Shown: positions 11,301-20,497 of the stretch, piece by piece
Layout: each line of letters begins with the position of its first letter
How positions within the stretch are numbered: position 1 is the first letter of the stretch
Assembly (NCBI GenBank): GCA_018985225.1
Contig: JADGIF010000014.1
Coordinates: forward strand, 1 to 32,000
DNA: 32,000 nt
Source: Amoeboradix gromovi X-113
Taxonomy: Eukaryota > Fungi > Sanchytriomycota
Reading direction: 5' to 3'
Notes under the pieces: model-generated
Seen by the model: the letters and a program-made list of their open reading frames with translations, nothing else
Database searches by the model: none
What the model was told of the DNA's origin: nothing
Translations under genes and position numbers: made by a program

Positions 11301-14300
11301 TTAGCCGCGTAATTAGTACTATTGGTAGCTTAAGTCGCTTGATTGATTTTAGCAACGTTACTAGTCGCATTATCCAGCCTTTCGTTAGATTGCTCAGTAC
11401 AAACTCGTTTATAAACGAAATATTGCCTGTTTTGACCAGTATGGCAATTCAATTGCAATTTGATTATTTACCATTTACGAGTCTAATTAACAAACAGCTG
11501 TTACAGTTGGATCAGTCATTGATTAATAAAGATCTTTTGAGCAAATATAAATCGATAGTTTCTTTACTTGTAAACAATGAGCCATTGCCCGTAGATTTAA
11601 TTGGAGAAATGGCACTAGTGAATTCAAGCAACGCAGTAGAGTCTATAGTAGTCAGCAAATTGCCGGTGAATCAACAGCAGCTAAAGAAAACGTGGGAAGC
11701 ATCTCTACAAAGTACGCCTGAAGATTGGTTGGAATGGTTGCGGCGGCTGAGTGTGGAGCTATTAAAGGAGTCACCAAGCCATGCTTTGAGAGCATGTAGC
11801 TCTTTAGCGTCTGTGTACCCTCCAATATCAAGAGAGTTATTTAACGCAGCATTCTTGTCTTGCTGGAGTGAACTTTATGATCAATTTCAAGATGAACTAG
11901 TTAAATCTATTGAAACTGCTCTATTAAGTCCGCAAATACCACCAGAAGTATTACAATCCTTGTTAAATCTAGCTGAATTTATGGAGCATGATGATAAGCC
12001 ACTTCCAATAGATCTAAGAACCTTGGGTAGTTATGCTAACAGATGCCATGCATATGCCAAAGCATTGCATTATAAAGAACTAGAATTTGCTACTAATCCT
12101 AGTAGCAACGTAATTGAATCATTAATCGCTATAAATAATCAACTAGACCAGCCGGAAGTAAGTTTAGGACTGTTACAAACTGCTAAACAGCATGACATCA
12201 GCATGAAGGAGAGTTGGTATGAGAAGTTGGGCAAATTTGAAGATGCATTGAGGGTGTATGAGGAGAAACAAATATTGGAACCCAACAGTATTGAGATTAC
12301 ATTAGGTCGGCTGAGATGTCTTAGTGCACTCAGTGAATGGGAAACCATAAGTACAATTAGTAAAGAGAAATGGTCATCAGTAACCAGTAATCGTGAAAAA
12401 CTATTGATTGCACCGTTTAGCGCAAGTGCTTCATTCCAATTGGGTGATTGGGATATGCTTAAGATATATGTTGATATCCTTCAAGATCATAGCCCTGATT
12501 CCTCTTTCTTCAAATCTATCTTAGCTATACACGAGAATGATTATCAGCTTGCATTATCGTTGATTGATACAACCAGAAGTATTTTAGATACAGAACTAAC
12601 TGCATTAGTTGGAGAGTCATATGAAAGGGCTTATAGTGTTGCCGTCCGTGTTCAAATGCTTACGGAATTGGAAGAAGTTATTGTAATTAAGCAGACTAAC
12701 AAATCAGACCTAATTACCAAGACATGGCACAAGCGACTGCATGGTATGCAACGACATGTGCAAGTATGGCAGAAGATTCTGAAAGTCAGATCACTGGTTA
12801 TCAGTCCAAGCGATGAATTAGATACATGGCTGAAGTTTTGTAGCTTGTGCTGTCATCAGAATCCTAAACTAGCTTTAAAGACTCTTTCAATGCTCTTTGG
12901 ATTTGATCCATCTAGTACTCCTATCAACATAATACTTGAAAGCGACCCCATGATTGTATATGCTTACATCAAATATCTATGGAACACTGATCAGACTAGC
13001 AGTTCATTGAGTTTGCTTGTTCAACTAACAGGTGTTTTGGAGAGTGGCACAAACAACAACGCAAGTTTAGGTATAACCAAAATTGCTGATTCCAATTTAA
13101 CGAGTCTAAGTACTAGTGGTATAGAGTCAGCCAATAAAGGTGTATATGGTGCAGGTATAACACATGGTACTCGTAATCTTCTGGCCAAGTGCCATTATAA
13201 GATAGGCCAATACAAGTCGCTGTCAAATGAAGCAACTGAGGAGTCTATCCAGTCGATACTAAAATCATATTTATTAGCTATTCAGTATGATGTTAATTAC
13301 TATAAAGTATGGCATAACCTGGCGATTACGAACTATGAAGCCATAACGATGGTGGAGAAGAAGTACAACAAGATATTACCAAATACCATGACTCTGTATA
13401 TTATACCATCTTTACAGGCATTCTTCAAGTCTATAAGCATAACGCATGGTCAATCATTCCAGGATACTCTAAGGCTGTTAACATTGTGGTTTAAATATGG
13501 CGAATTTAAAGAGATTAGTAACTGCATCCAAGAGGGTATTGACAATGTACCTGTAGAGACCTGGCTAAGTGTAATTCCCCAGTTGATAGCAAGAATAGGG
13601 TTTAGCGGAAGTCAAGGAGTTTCGCTACTAGTTAGTGTGATCCTTAACAAAATAGCAAGTGAACATCCACAAGCACTTATATACAACTTAGCAGTAGCCA
13701 CTAAGTCAGCAAGCCCTAGTAGGAAGCAAGGCGCTACATTAATAATAAACAGCATAAAAATCAATAATCCAAACCTAGTAGAACAAGCCATATTGGTGAG
13801 CGAAGAGTTGATCAGAGTAGCTATCCTGCTACATGAATCATGGCACCACGGATTGGAAGAAGCCAGTAGGTTGTTCTTTGGTGAAAATGATCCGCAAGGT
13901 ATGCTGGCCGTATTAATACCATTGCATGAATTGATGGATAGCAAACAACCAGAAACAATCAAAGAAGAAGCATTTCATCAGCAATTTTATAGGGACTTAA
14001 AGGAAGCGCACACATTGTGCATGCAGTACTTGGAGAGCAACGATAAAAATGATTTAAACCAGGCATGGGAACTCTACTTTAGTGTATTTAGAAAGATCAA
14101 CAAACAACTGCCATTAATGCAACAGCTTGAGCTACAATCATGCAGCCCCAAGTTGTATATGTTAAGGGATAGTGAATTAGCAATACCGGGTACATATTCA
14201 AGTAATAATAGCATTATTAGAATCTGGAAGTTGTTACCGACAATGCAGGTAATAACTAGCAAGCAAAGACCTCGTAAAATGACTATAATGGGTAGCGATG

Positions 14301-15367
14301 GTCTGGAATATCCGTTTTTATTAAAAGGACATGAAGATTTAAGACAAGATGAAAGAGTAATGCAGCTATTTCAGCTGATTAACAATCTCTTGCAACAACA
14401 TCAGGAGTCATTTAAGAAGTCATTAAACATACAGCGGTACAGTGTGATACCGCTAAGTCCAAACAGTGGCTTGCTGAGCTGGGTACCTAACTGTGATACA
14501 TTGCATTCATTGATTAGAGATTATAGGGAGTCGCGCAAGATATTACTAAACATTGAACATCGGCTGATGCTGCAACAAGCACCGGGATACGATAATTTGA
14601 CACTGATCCAAAAGATGGAAGTTTTTGAATATTCGCTCCAAAATACGCAAGCCAGTGATCTTTATAAAGTATTATGGCTAAAATCGAAAAACAGTGAAGT
14701 TTGGTTGGATAGAAGAAGCAACTACACCAGGTCATTGGCATTGATGAGCATGGTAGGCTATATACTAGGCTTAGGAGATAGACACCCAAGCAATTTGATG
14801 CTGGATAGATACACAGGCAAGATAGTTCATATAGATTTTGGAGATTGCTTTGAAGTAGCTATGAATAGAGACAAATTTCCGGAAAAAATACCTTTTCGGT
14901 TGACCAGAATGATGGTTAATGCCATGGAAGTTAGCGGAATAGAGGGAAGTTTTAGAAGCACCTGTGAATCAGTAATGGTAGTTTTAAGAAAGAATAAGGA
15001 TTCGATGCTGGCAGTGTTGGAGGCATTCGTGTATGATCCATTGATAAACTGGAGATTAATGGCACCGGAGCAGCCACCTTTGAGTAGAACAACTACTATA
15101 GAAGAAATTCCAAATGAATTGGGTAAGAGCTACAGCAAGAGTATAGCCAGGAGCAACAGAATATACATGAAAGATGACCACAATACAGAATTTATAAATG
15201 ATAGAGCCGTAGCAGTTATAAATAGAGTGCAAAATAAGCTGAGTGGGAGAGATTTTAAACACGATAAAGTGCTAGACGCAGCAAATCAAGTTGACAAACT
15301 GATACAGCAAGCAACAAGTATAGAAAACTTGTGCCAGTTGTACGTAGGATGGTGTGCTTTTTGGTAA
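8372..15367 (+). CDS. TOR: Target of rapamycin PIKK kinase, 2331 aa, single uninterrupted ORF
   Basis: HEAT repeats, FAT (LLNLAEFMEHDDKPLPI), FRB (GLEEASRLFF...QAWELY), kinase (LLKGHEDLRQDERVMQ, GLGDRHPSN, HIDFGDCF) and FATC (LCQLYVGWCAFW). Confidence 0.99.
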   Translation: MDQSINIILQQIIKDKKYKESGLLQLRDAINSIISSEISSDALLKFINELNRKIFELIHGNDSEEKKCGIFVIIELIDLDTEDNTVKLTRFCNYLRMVLPSNDIQVMEYAAKAMGKLSSPSIGGSLAVELVEFEVKRSLEWLLNDKTEFKRYAAVLLIKEIALNASTILYGYMSQILEFIWIPLRDTRPNVRKVASESFAVCLSLIQQRDSQQREQWYKHIYSQILQGFKFNSPEYIHASFLAMQTMIRFSREFMQSNFDECQLNLYKFRDNKDQAVKDTILQTLPYLASNFTPSMSKIIGEWMEFLLSPSRKERDRPKALLCSCELACYLNLECKNYIPEIIKQLKDLFHSKMRKSCLDDIFTCISLCSRALPAELSPFIPELIAMIFSSGLSFQMRQTLEDLATNVSSFSNVIQERLLNLLSQVLTGHSYRPSFLSKNKVYEPKDPDLIILALETLCSFQISGQSLADFLVEAVIPYLDFDNSNIRSAAAKTICAIMYRDPIKNTKNQFSFDLVYEILVRLTTIAISDPDYKIRLLIMKSLASESSVDFVLCQSELIRALFLAINDEYYLVRLNAITIVGRLSSLNPAYVMPCIRKILFQLLSELEFSKVSKIKEESAKLLCALVISIKEYIRPYVDSIFRVLLPKVKDSSSSVSSQILVAIGEVSIFAKDDEIVPFLTSLMTTLTETLQDQSSVRKREAALRSMRLLVSSTSNAIQPYLDYPNLMDTLLDILKTEQSPSIRKETMRLIGNLGALAPYTFKNIQRINLEGTSKKEDLDPENLVYLGIIPSNDDYYPTVAIYALMKILRDQSLNIHHTAVIQATLYMFKTLGLKCVVYLNQIMPLFLNIVGNCSSSLLEFYLQQLGLLIKIVKQHIRPFLVDLFNLIDSLSGNHIQIVYLSLLENISYALDGEFKSYIPQITPFINTLLDANITNSNVVLKALDTLCIFGSSLEAYFHLILPSLLKLLESSNDLLISRVISTIGSLSRLIDFSNVTSRIIQPFVRLLSTNSFINEILPVLTSMAIQLQFDYLPFTSLINKQLLQLDQSLINKDLLSKYKSIVSLLVNNEPLPVDLIGEMALVNSSNAVESIVVSKLPVNQQQLKKTWEASLQSTPEDWLEWLRRLSVELLKESPSHALRACSSLASVYPPISRELFNAAFLSCWSELYDQFQDELVKSIETALLSPQIPPEVLQSLLNLAEFMEHDDKPLPIDLRTLGSYANRCHAYAKALHYKELEFATNPSSNVIESLIAINNQLDQPEVSLGLLQTAKQHDISMKESWYEKLGKFEDALRVYEEKQILEPNSIEITLGRLRCLSALSEWETISTISKEKWSSVTSNREKLLIAPFSASASFQLGDWDMLKIYVDILQDHSPDSSFFKSILAIHENDYQLALSLIDTTRSILDTELTALVGESYERAYSVAVRVQMLTELEEVIVIKQTNKSDLITKTWHKRLHGMQRHVQVWQKILKVRSLVISPSDELDTWLKFCSLCCHQNPKLALKTLSMLFGFDPSSTPINIILESDPMIVYAYIKYLWNTDQTSSSLSLLVQLTGVLESGTNNNASLGITKIADSNLTSLSTSGIESANKGVYGAGITHGTRNLLAKCHYKIGQYKSLSNEATEESIQSILKSYLLAIQYDVNYYKVWHNLAITNYEAITMVEKKYNKILPNTMTLYIIPSLQAFFKSISITHGQSFQDTLRLLTLWFKYGEFKEISNCIQEGIDNVPVETWLSVIPQLIARIGFSGSQGVSLLVSVILNKIASEHPQALIYNLAVATKSASPSRKQGATLIINSIKINNPNLVEQAILVSEELIRVAILLHESWHHGLEEASRLFFGENDPQGMLAVLIPLHELMDSKQPETIKEEAFHQQFYRDLKEAHTLCMQYLESNDKNDLNQAWELYFSVFRKINKQLPLMQQLELQSCSPKLYMLRDSELAIPGTYSSNNSIIRIWKLLPTMQVITSKQRPRKMTIMGSDGLEYPFLLKGHEDLRQDERVMQLFQLINNLLQQHQESFKKSLNIQRYSVIPLSPNSGLLSWVPNCDTLHSLIRDYRESRKILLNIEHRLMLQQAPGYDNLTLIQKMEVFEYSLQNTQASDLYKVLWLKSKNSEVWLDRRSNYTRSLALMSMVGYILGLGDRHPSNLMLDRYTGKIVHIDFGDCFEVAMNRDKFPEKIPFRLTRMMVNAMEVSGIEGSFRSTCESVMVVLRKNKDSMLAVLEAFVYDPLINWRLMAPEQPPLSRTTTIEEIPNELGKSYSKSIARSNRIYMKDDHNTEFINDRAVAVINRVQNKLSGRDFKHDKVLDAANQVDKLIQQATSIENLCQLYVGWCAFW

Positions 15368-15453
15368 TTTAGCTACTTTAAATAAATATTTGCTCAGTTT
15401 GAACCTCTTTTGGTACAAAGCTATGCCATCTCTTTGATTAATTTAAATCTTTA

Positions 15454-18364
15454 TTAAATTAATTTCCGATTATTAGCGACACTCTCTTTTCTTTTACTCC
15501 TTTGAGCTTGACTAGATCTATGTTCAATTGCAACTAATTCTTGCAGTTTAGTCTCCAGCTGAGAAATGAATAATCTTAGCTCCTTGTTTTCAGCTGTATC
15601 GACAACCACCGGAACATTTATTGCATTTAAAACCTTGTTCTTATATCTCCTATATTCCGATTTTAGTTCTAATTTCGATTTCAAGCTTAGTTCATATTTT
15701 AGCAACATGGATTTCTGCTGACTTTGTATTTCAGACTGCTTTTCGTTCAATAGTTTTATATGGTCTTCCATCGATTTTAGTTGCTTTTTCTTGCTATCTA
15801 TATCATCGTCAAGAGGATTTACCATTTTCTTTTGCTTTTCCAAAGTATGATCTAATATATGTTTGACCTTTAATTGGAAAGATACTTGTTTGTGATTGTG
15901 ATCCAAAAGGTTCTCAATTGCCACCAGACTATCTATTTTATCATTGTGCTACATAAGTACAGAATACTAAAGCTACTGATGCGGATATTTTTAATTTTAT
16001 TAAATTAATTTCGGTCACCAATTCTTTTTGAGAATTCATCATTCTGTGTAGTCGAATTTTTGATAGATCTAAAGCATGTAATAAATTTAGCCTGCGCTTT
16101 TCCAGAACCGTCACTAAACTTTTATGAGGGTATATATTCCTTTTCAGCTCTTCGTAGGTTGCATGATATTGTTCAGCAGAATTTTTGACCAGATTCTGCA
16201 TTTCAGTCACTAATACCATACCCTCAATTTGAAATGAATCTGCGGAGTACCGCATATGTTCTATTTTATTTGATAATTTGTTTTTATTGCGAAAGTGGGT
16301 AGTTGTTTCCTGTGCTAAGCTTTCGATGGAGATATCATTTTGCTTCTGAAATTTCTCTGAGAATACTTTGCTAATTTCACATACGTCTTTGCTAGTCTGC
16401 TGCTCTAAATTTATTGTGATATTTATCACAACCAGTGCTAATTCTTGCTGCTTATCTTTATAAGTTATCAAATTGGATTTATTGGTTTCTAAGAGAACAT
16501 CCATTAGCTTTTGGAGTACATTTAGCTCCTCTCCTCTCTTCTTTTTGAATTCCTCTGATATTTTACACTTGGCGGATTTCTCTTTATTATGACGCTGCGC
16601 CAGGATATGATACTCTCTGTCGAAAGACTCTTGTATAAAAGTCTGGTCATATTCAGATTGCAATTCCAACTCAAAAAAATGGTTGTTGTGTGAGTTTACT
16701 AAACTCGAATGATGTTCTAAAGCACTAAGAGTAGAAACAATTGTATGATATAATTTCGGCACAAATTGGAAAAACACAAATCCCTCATTGCACACTACAA
16801 GTGCGTTATCATATGTAATCCATTTTAAAGGTTTAATGTGGGTAAATTCTATTGTTACTGTTTTAGAGTGGTCAACAAGTAATCTTTTGCCCGTAACTGT
16901 GAAATGAGCAAGCATAAATCCGCGAAGATTAGTTAGAATTACGAATGCTTTCATTTCATTTATATAACGAAATATAAAACTATCATACTCTGTCTGTAAA
17001 CTGTATTCTAATAGTATTTCTCGCTTGTCTACTTGATAAAACCCCTTAGCTGTCAAAAACAACAGCCCTGCTTCATTATAATATGCATCTAGTATTTTTT
17101 GATCACTTATATAGTCATCTTGTTTCTTAAATGAGTATAACTTATAAGCGCTCACAGTTTTATCAGAGTAAACCACAAAGTAAGAAGCGCACATCTTAAA
17201 ACATGTATTATCTGTAAGCTTAAACGGATACTGACCCAAAAGAGTCATATCATATATGTTTCTGAAATTTATGAACTTTTCGGAATATGAAATTAAGCAA
17301 CTATCAGAGAATCTTAAATTTGATTTTCCTTTTACATACAAAGAGGAATTTTCAAAAAATACGTTTTGCGATAGAATACCAGAACTAACCGTAGAATTTT
17401 CGTGTGAATAGAGCAATGGAATACATGGGTGAAACGTAAAATTACTGATGTATGATGATTTAGAGATTGAAAATTCGTAATTGTAAAGATCAATATGAAA
17501 AATATAATTTTCAGAGTATCCGTACACATACCCTGTACTAAAGTTAACTGTAATTGACTCATTTAAGTGTTTTAACAAAGGGAAAGTAGTGTGTCTTAAT
17601 TTCGATAATATGTAATCGGACTTTATTCTAGTTAGCTTATAAAATAAAATCTCCATTCCATTAGTTACTACAATATGTTGATCAACTCGAATGTCTTTTA
17701 TCTCAATTGGGACGATTAGCTCTTTTTGTATAGGGTATAGCAATGATAACTTCATATTTTTCCACAAAACAACTGCTTCTTGTAACACAAAAAGTTCACC
17801 ATCATAATCTAGAGCTAGTATTTCTGCATTTAGATCTGATAAAAGTCTAACGCTTATGCATTTAGTTTTTTTGATGATAAACACAGATTCGCTTAATGCT
17901 ATAAGTTGACCTTCAACTTTGTACCTCTCAACTTTATCTATGTACAAGTGCGACATTCCTTCTGTATAAGCAATCAAAAAGTTTGCGCTTAGTATAATCT
18001 TTTCTGGCCGTAGATCTATAGCTGTAAATCGAAAATTTTCAAAATTGTATATTTTGATATTTTTTCCAAAAATTATAAAATTGTAAGCATCAACTATTAA
18101 ATCGCCATCTAATTCCATTCTTTTCACAATCGCGAGCTCTATTTTATCTAAGCATACCATCCACTTCTTGGAATGGTTAGTGCCAGTTATAATAATGTAT
18201 TTTTGGCTATTTTTGATGCTACAAATTGCCATTTCTATATCGATACATTTGAATTTGCCCAAGCACCAAAGAAACAAATAATTACCTACATAGTATAGTA
18301 TCCAGTTGTCAAAGTACTCTATTTCCTGTAAATTTAAAGGTTTGAATCCAAGAGTTGGTAACAT
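15454..18364 (-). CDS. Divergent protein with a beta-strand-rich (probable WD40-like propeller) N-terminus and coiled-coil C-terminus; join complement(15454..15948,15968..18364), 963 aa
   Basis: Two same-strand ORFs join in frame through a 19-nt intron (ISASVAL|HNDKIDSLVAIEN). About 540 aa of short hydrophobic strands are followed by E/K/Q/L-rich heptads. Family not recognised. Confidence 0.75.
15949..15967 (-). other. 19-nt spliceosomal intron (phase 0) GTATTCTGTACTTATGTAG
   Basis: GTAT donor, CTTAT branch-like motif and TAG acceptor. The downstream frame opens exactly after this TAG and lacks its own nearby ATG, and the coiled-coil continues across the junction. Confidence 0.85.
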
Positions 18365-18530
18365 TTTGAAACTTAAAATTTAGAACAAGAGTTCTCATAA
18401 AAAACCATTGAACAAGAGTAGAAATAAATCAAACCTCAATCAGAGCAAGCAAAATTATTTAGTGATGTGGTCTTCAACATGAAATTTCCATGTTTTTAAA
18501 TAACGGAATACTTTTAAAACACCATTCAAG

Positions 18531-20396
18531 ATGGGTGTCCGAGGACTTACTGGATTTATCAGAACCCTCAAGAATTGCAATAGGGATGAAGTCGTTTATT
18601 TTAATAATGAAATCAAAATAAATGCTGTACTATCAGAAAGACTCCCAACAATCATGGATGGTAATGCATTTACTCATTTTGCTATGGAGAATTTCTTTTC
18701 TTGGATAAATGATGACTTGAAGCTATTCTACTACACAGGCAGCAATTTGTTTAAGGATGTTGTCAAATTCTATTATTTAGCACTTTCTAAAACATTCGAT
18801 TTGACTATAATATTTGATGCAGGAATCCCAGAATCAAAGCTTCAGACCCTTTACGATCGTGAAGTTGAACGTGCTAAAGATTTAAGCAAAACAAACTTTA
18901 AAATTTTAAGTAACTCATATAAGGATATTGGGTTTTTGCAGCTGCCACCATTAATCTATCCCTCTGTTTATGAAGCGTTGAGAGAAGTGAGTGCACCAAT
19001 ACAATTTGCTATCGAGGAGGCTGACGATCTGATAGCTTCTCTTGCTAGTATAAGATCTGCTTACGTGTTATCTAATGATTCTGATTTCTATGTTTATCCG
19101 ATTAAAGGTTTTATACCTTTTATGTACTTGGACATTCAAACCAAAAATGCTGAGACATTTCTCGGAAAGACCAATATTGATAGATTAGTATCTATTACTG
19201 CCAATATTTACAATATCAAATCAATTCAAAAATCTTTGAAGATAGAATCGTGGAATTTATACACTCTCAGTTGTTCTTTTATCGGAAATGACATGACACC
19301 TCACCATTTTTTGGATAAATTCATTTCAAGTATTCCTGAACTGTCTCGCTGTTTTGTCGTGCCGTATGGCAAGAATTATAAAAAAGCAGTCTTTCTCAAG
19401 CAGAAGTTGTATATGGTTTTCGGATTTATGGCCAAATTGCAGAATATTGAGTGGAAAATATTGCTGGATGGATTACAGAATTCCTTAAACTTGAACCAAC
19501 ATGAGATGGATTTACTCATAGAATCGGAAATATCATACTCACCTAAGAAACTACACATTGTTAGCGAAAAGCATTCTATATATTCAACCCAGCCAAATCC
19601 TGCTTTCCTGGATCGTTTTTTAAGAACTGGGCTTTTAAACGGGCGAATAACAGAAATTGGAACAGCTCAATTATGCCGATGTGGTGTAGGATTAGAGGAT
19701 GAAAAAAAACCTTCAATATTTGATTCCAGCTTTAAGATGCAGAGATGGTTGTTTACAATCTGCAAGTATTTTCTGTTCGGATTTAAGGAAAATTCAATCC
19801 TGGTAATTAAACGAGAATTGAACAAAGCAAAGAGATATCAGACAGAAATACCTTCGCTAAAGGAACTGTCTGAACTTGTAGGAATTCAACTGTATGGGGA
19901 TTCTTGGTGGGCCCTGACATTTAAGCAAAAAAATAAAATATTTTCTGCTCTGCTAGGAGTTGAAGAAGCAGACAACATGATGGATTTTGTCATGAAGTAC
20001 ATCACGAGAGAGCTGAGGGATCAAGATATGTTGCCTTTTATAAAGTACGTCAAAGATTGTTATGCAATTTACCCGGAAGACATTGTTGTAAAAGATCATC
20101 CGAATCTGTTGCCTTTTTACCATATGGCTTCGGAAGTTCAAGCGTTACTATTGGAAATGTTCAACTTGGGCAGAGCTGTATTCTACACCACAAGCAAAGA
20201 AAAGTATACCGAGACTGAGTCCCGATTTATTTTGGATCTATTCACAGACATTTCCTCTTTTTTTGATGCTACTCATTTCGTATTGAAGTGTATAGGGATG
20301 GATAATGGACTCCGTAGAGCAAACAAGGTTAGGAAATATGACAAGCTGCCGCAGAATTTTGAAGAAACATTGAATTTTTTGAAAGGCGATGCTTGA
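18531..20396 (+). CDS. ASTE1: Asteroid-like PIN/XPG-family nuclease-domain protein, 621 aa
   Basis: MGVRGLTGF, IMDGNA, IFDAG, EEADDLIASLA, VLSNDSDFYVY and GND motifs of the asteroid/XPG family. Confidence 0.82.
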   Translation: MGVRGLTGFIRTLKNCNRDEVVYFNNEIKINAVLSERLPTIMDGNAFTHFAMENFFSWINDDLKLFYYTGSNLFKDVVKFYYLALSKTFDLTIIFDAGIPESKLQTLYDREVERAKDLSKTNFKILSNSYKDIGFLQLPPLIYPSVYEALREVSAPIQFAIEEADDLIASLASIRSAYVLSNDSDFYVYPIKGFIPFMYLDIQTKNAETFLGKTNIDRLVSITANIYNIKSIQKSLKIESWNLYTLSCSFIGNDMTPHHFLDKFISSIPELSRCFVVPYGKNYKKAVFLKQKLYMVFGFMAKLQNIEWKILLDGLQNSLNLNQHEMDLLIESEISYSPKKLHIVSEKHSIYSTQPNPAFLDRFLRTGLLNGRITEIGTAQLCRCGVGLEDEKKPSIFDSSFKMQRWLFTICKYFLFGFKENSILVIKRELNKAKRYQTEIPSLKELSELVGIQLYGDSWWALTFKQKNKIFSALLGVEEADNMMDFVMKYITRELRDQDMLPFIKYVKDCYAIYPEDIVVKDHPNLLPFYHMASEVQALLLEMFNLGRAVFYTTSKEKYTETESRFILDLFTDISSFFDATHFVLKCIGMDNGLRRANKVRKYDKLPQNFEETLNFLKGDA

Positions 20397-20497
20397 TCAA
20401 TGAATCTGTGTTTATGTCTTAAAACCTTGTCCGCGAGACTCGATAGCTCCATTTTTAAAACTCACTCGAATAAACTATCTCCTTTAAACCTTAATTC

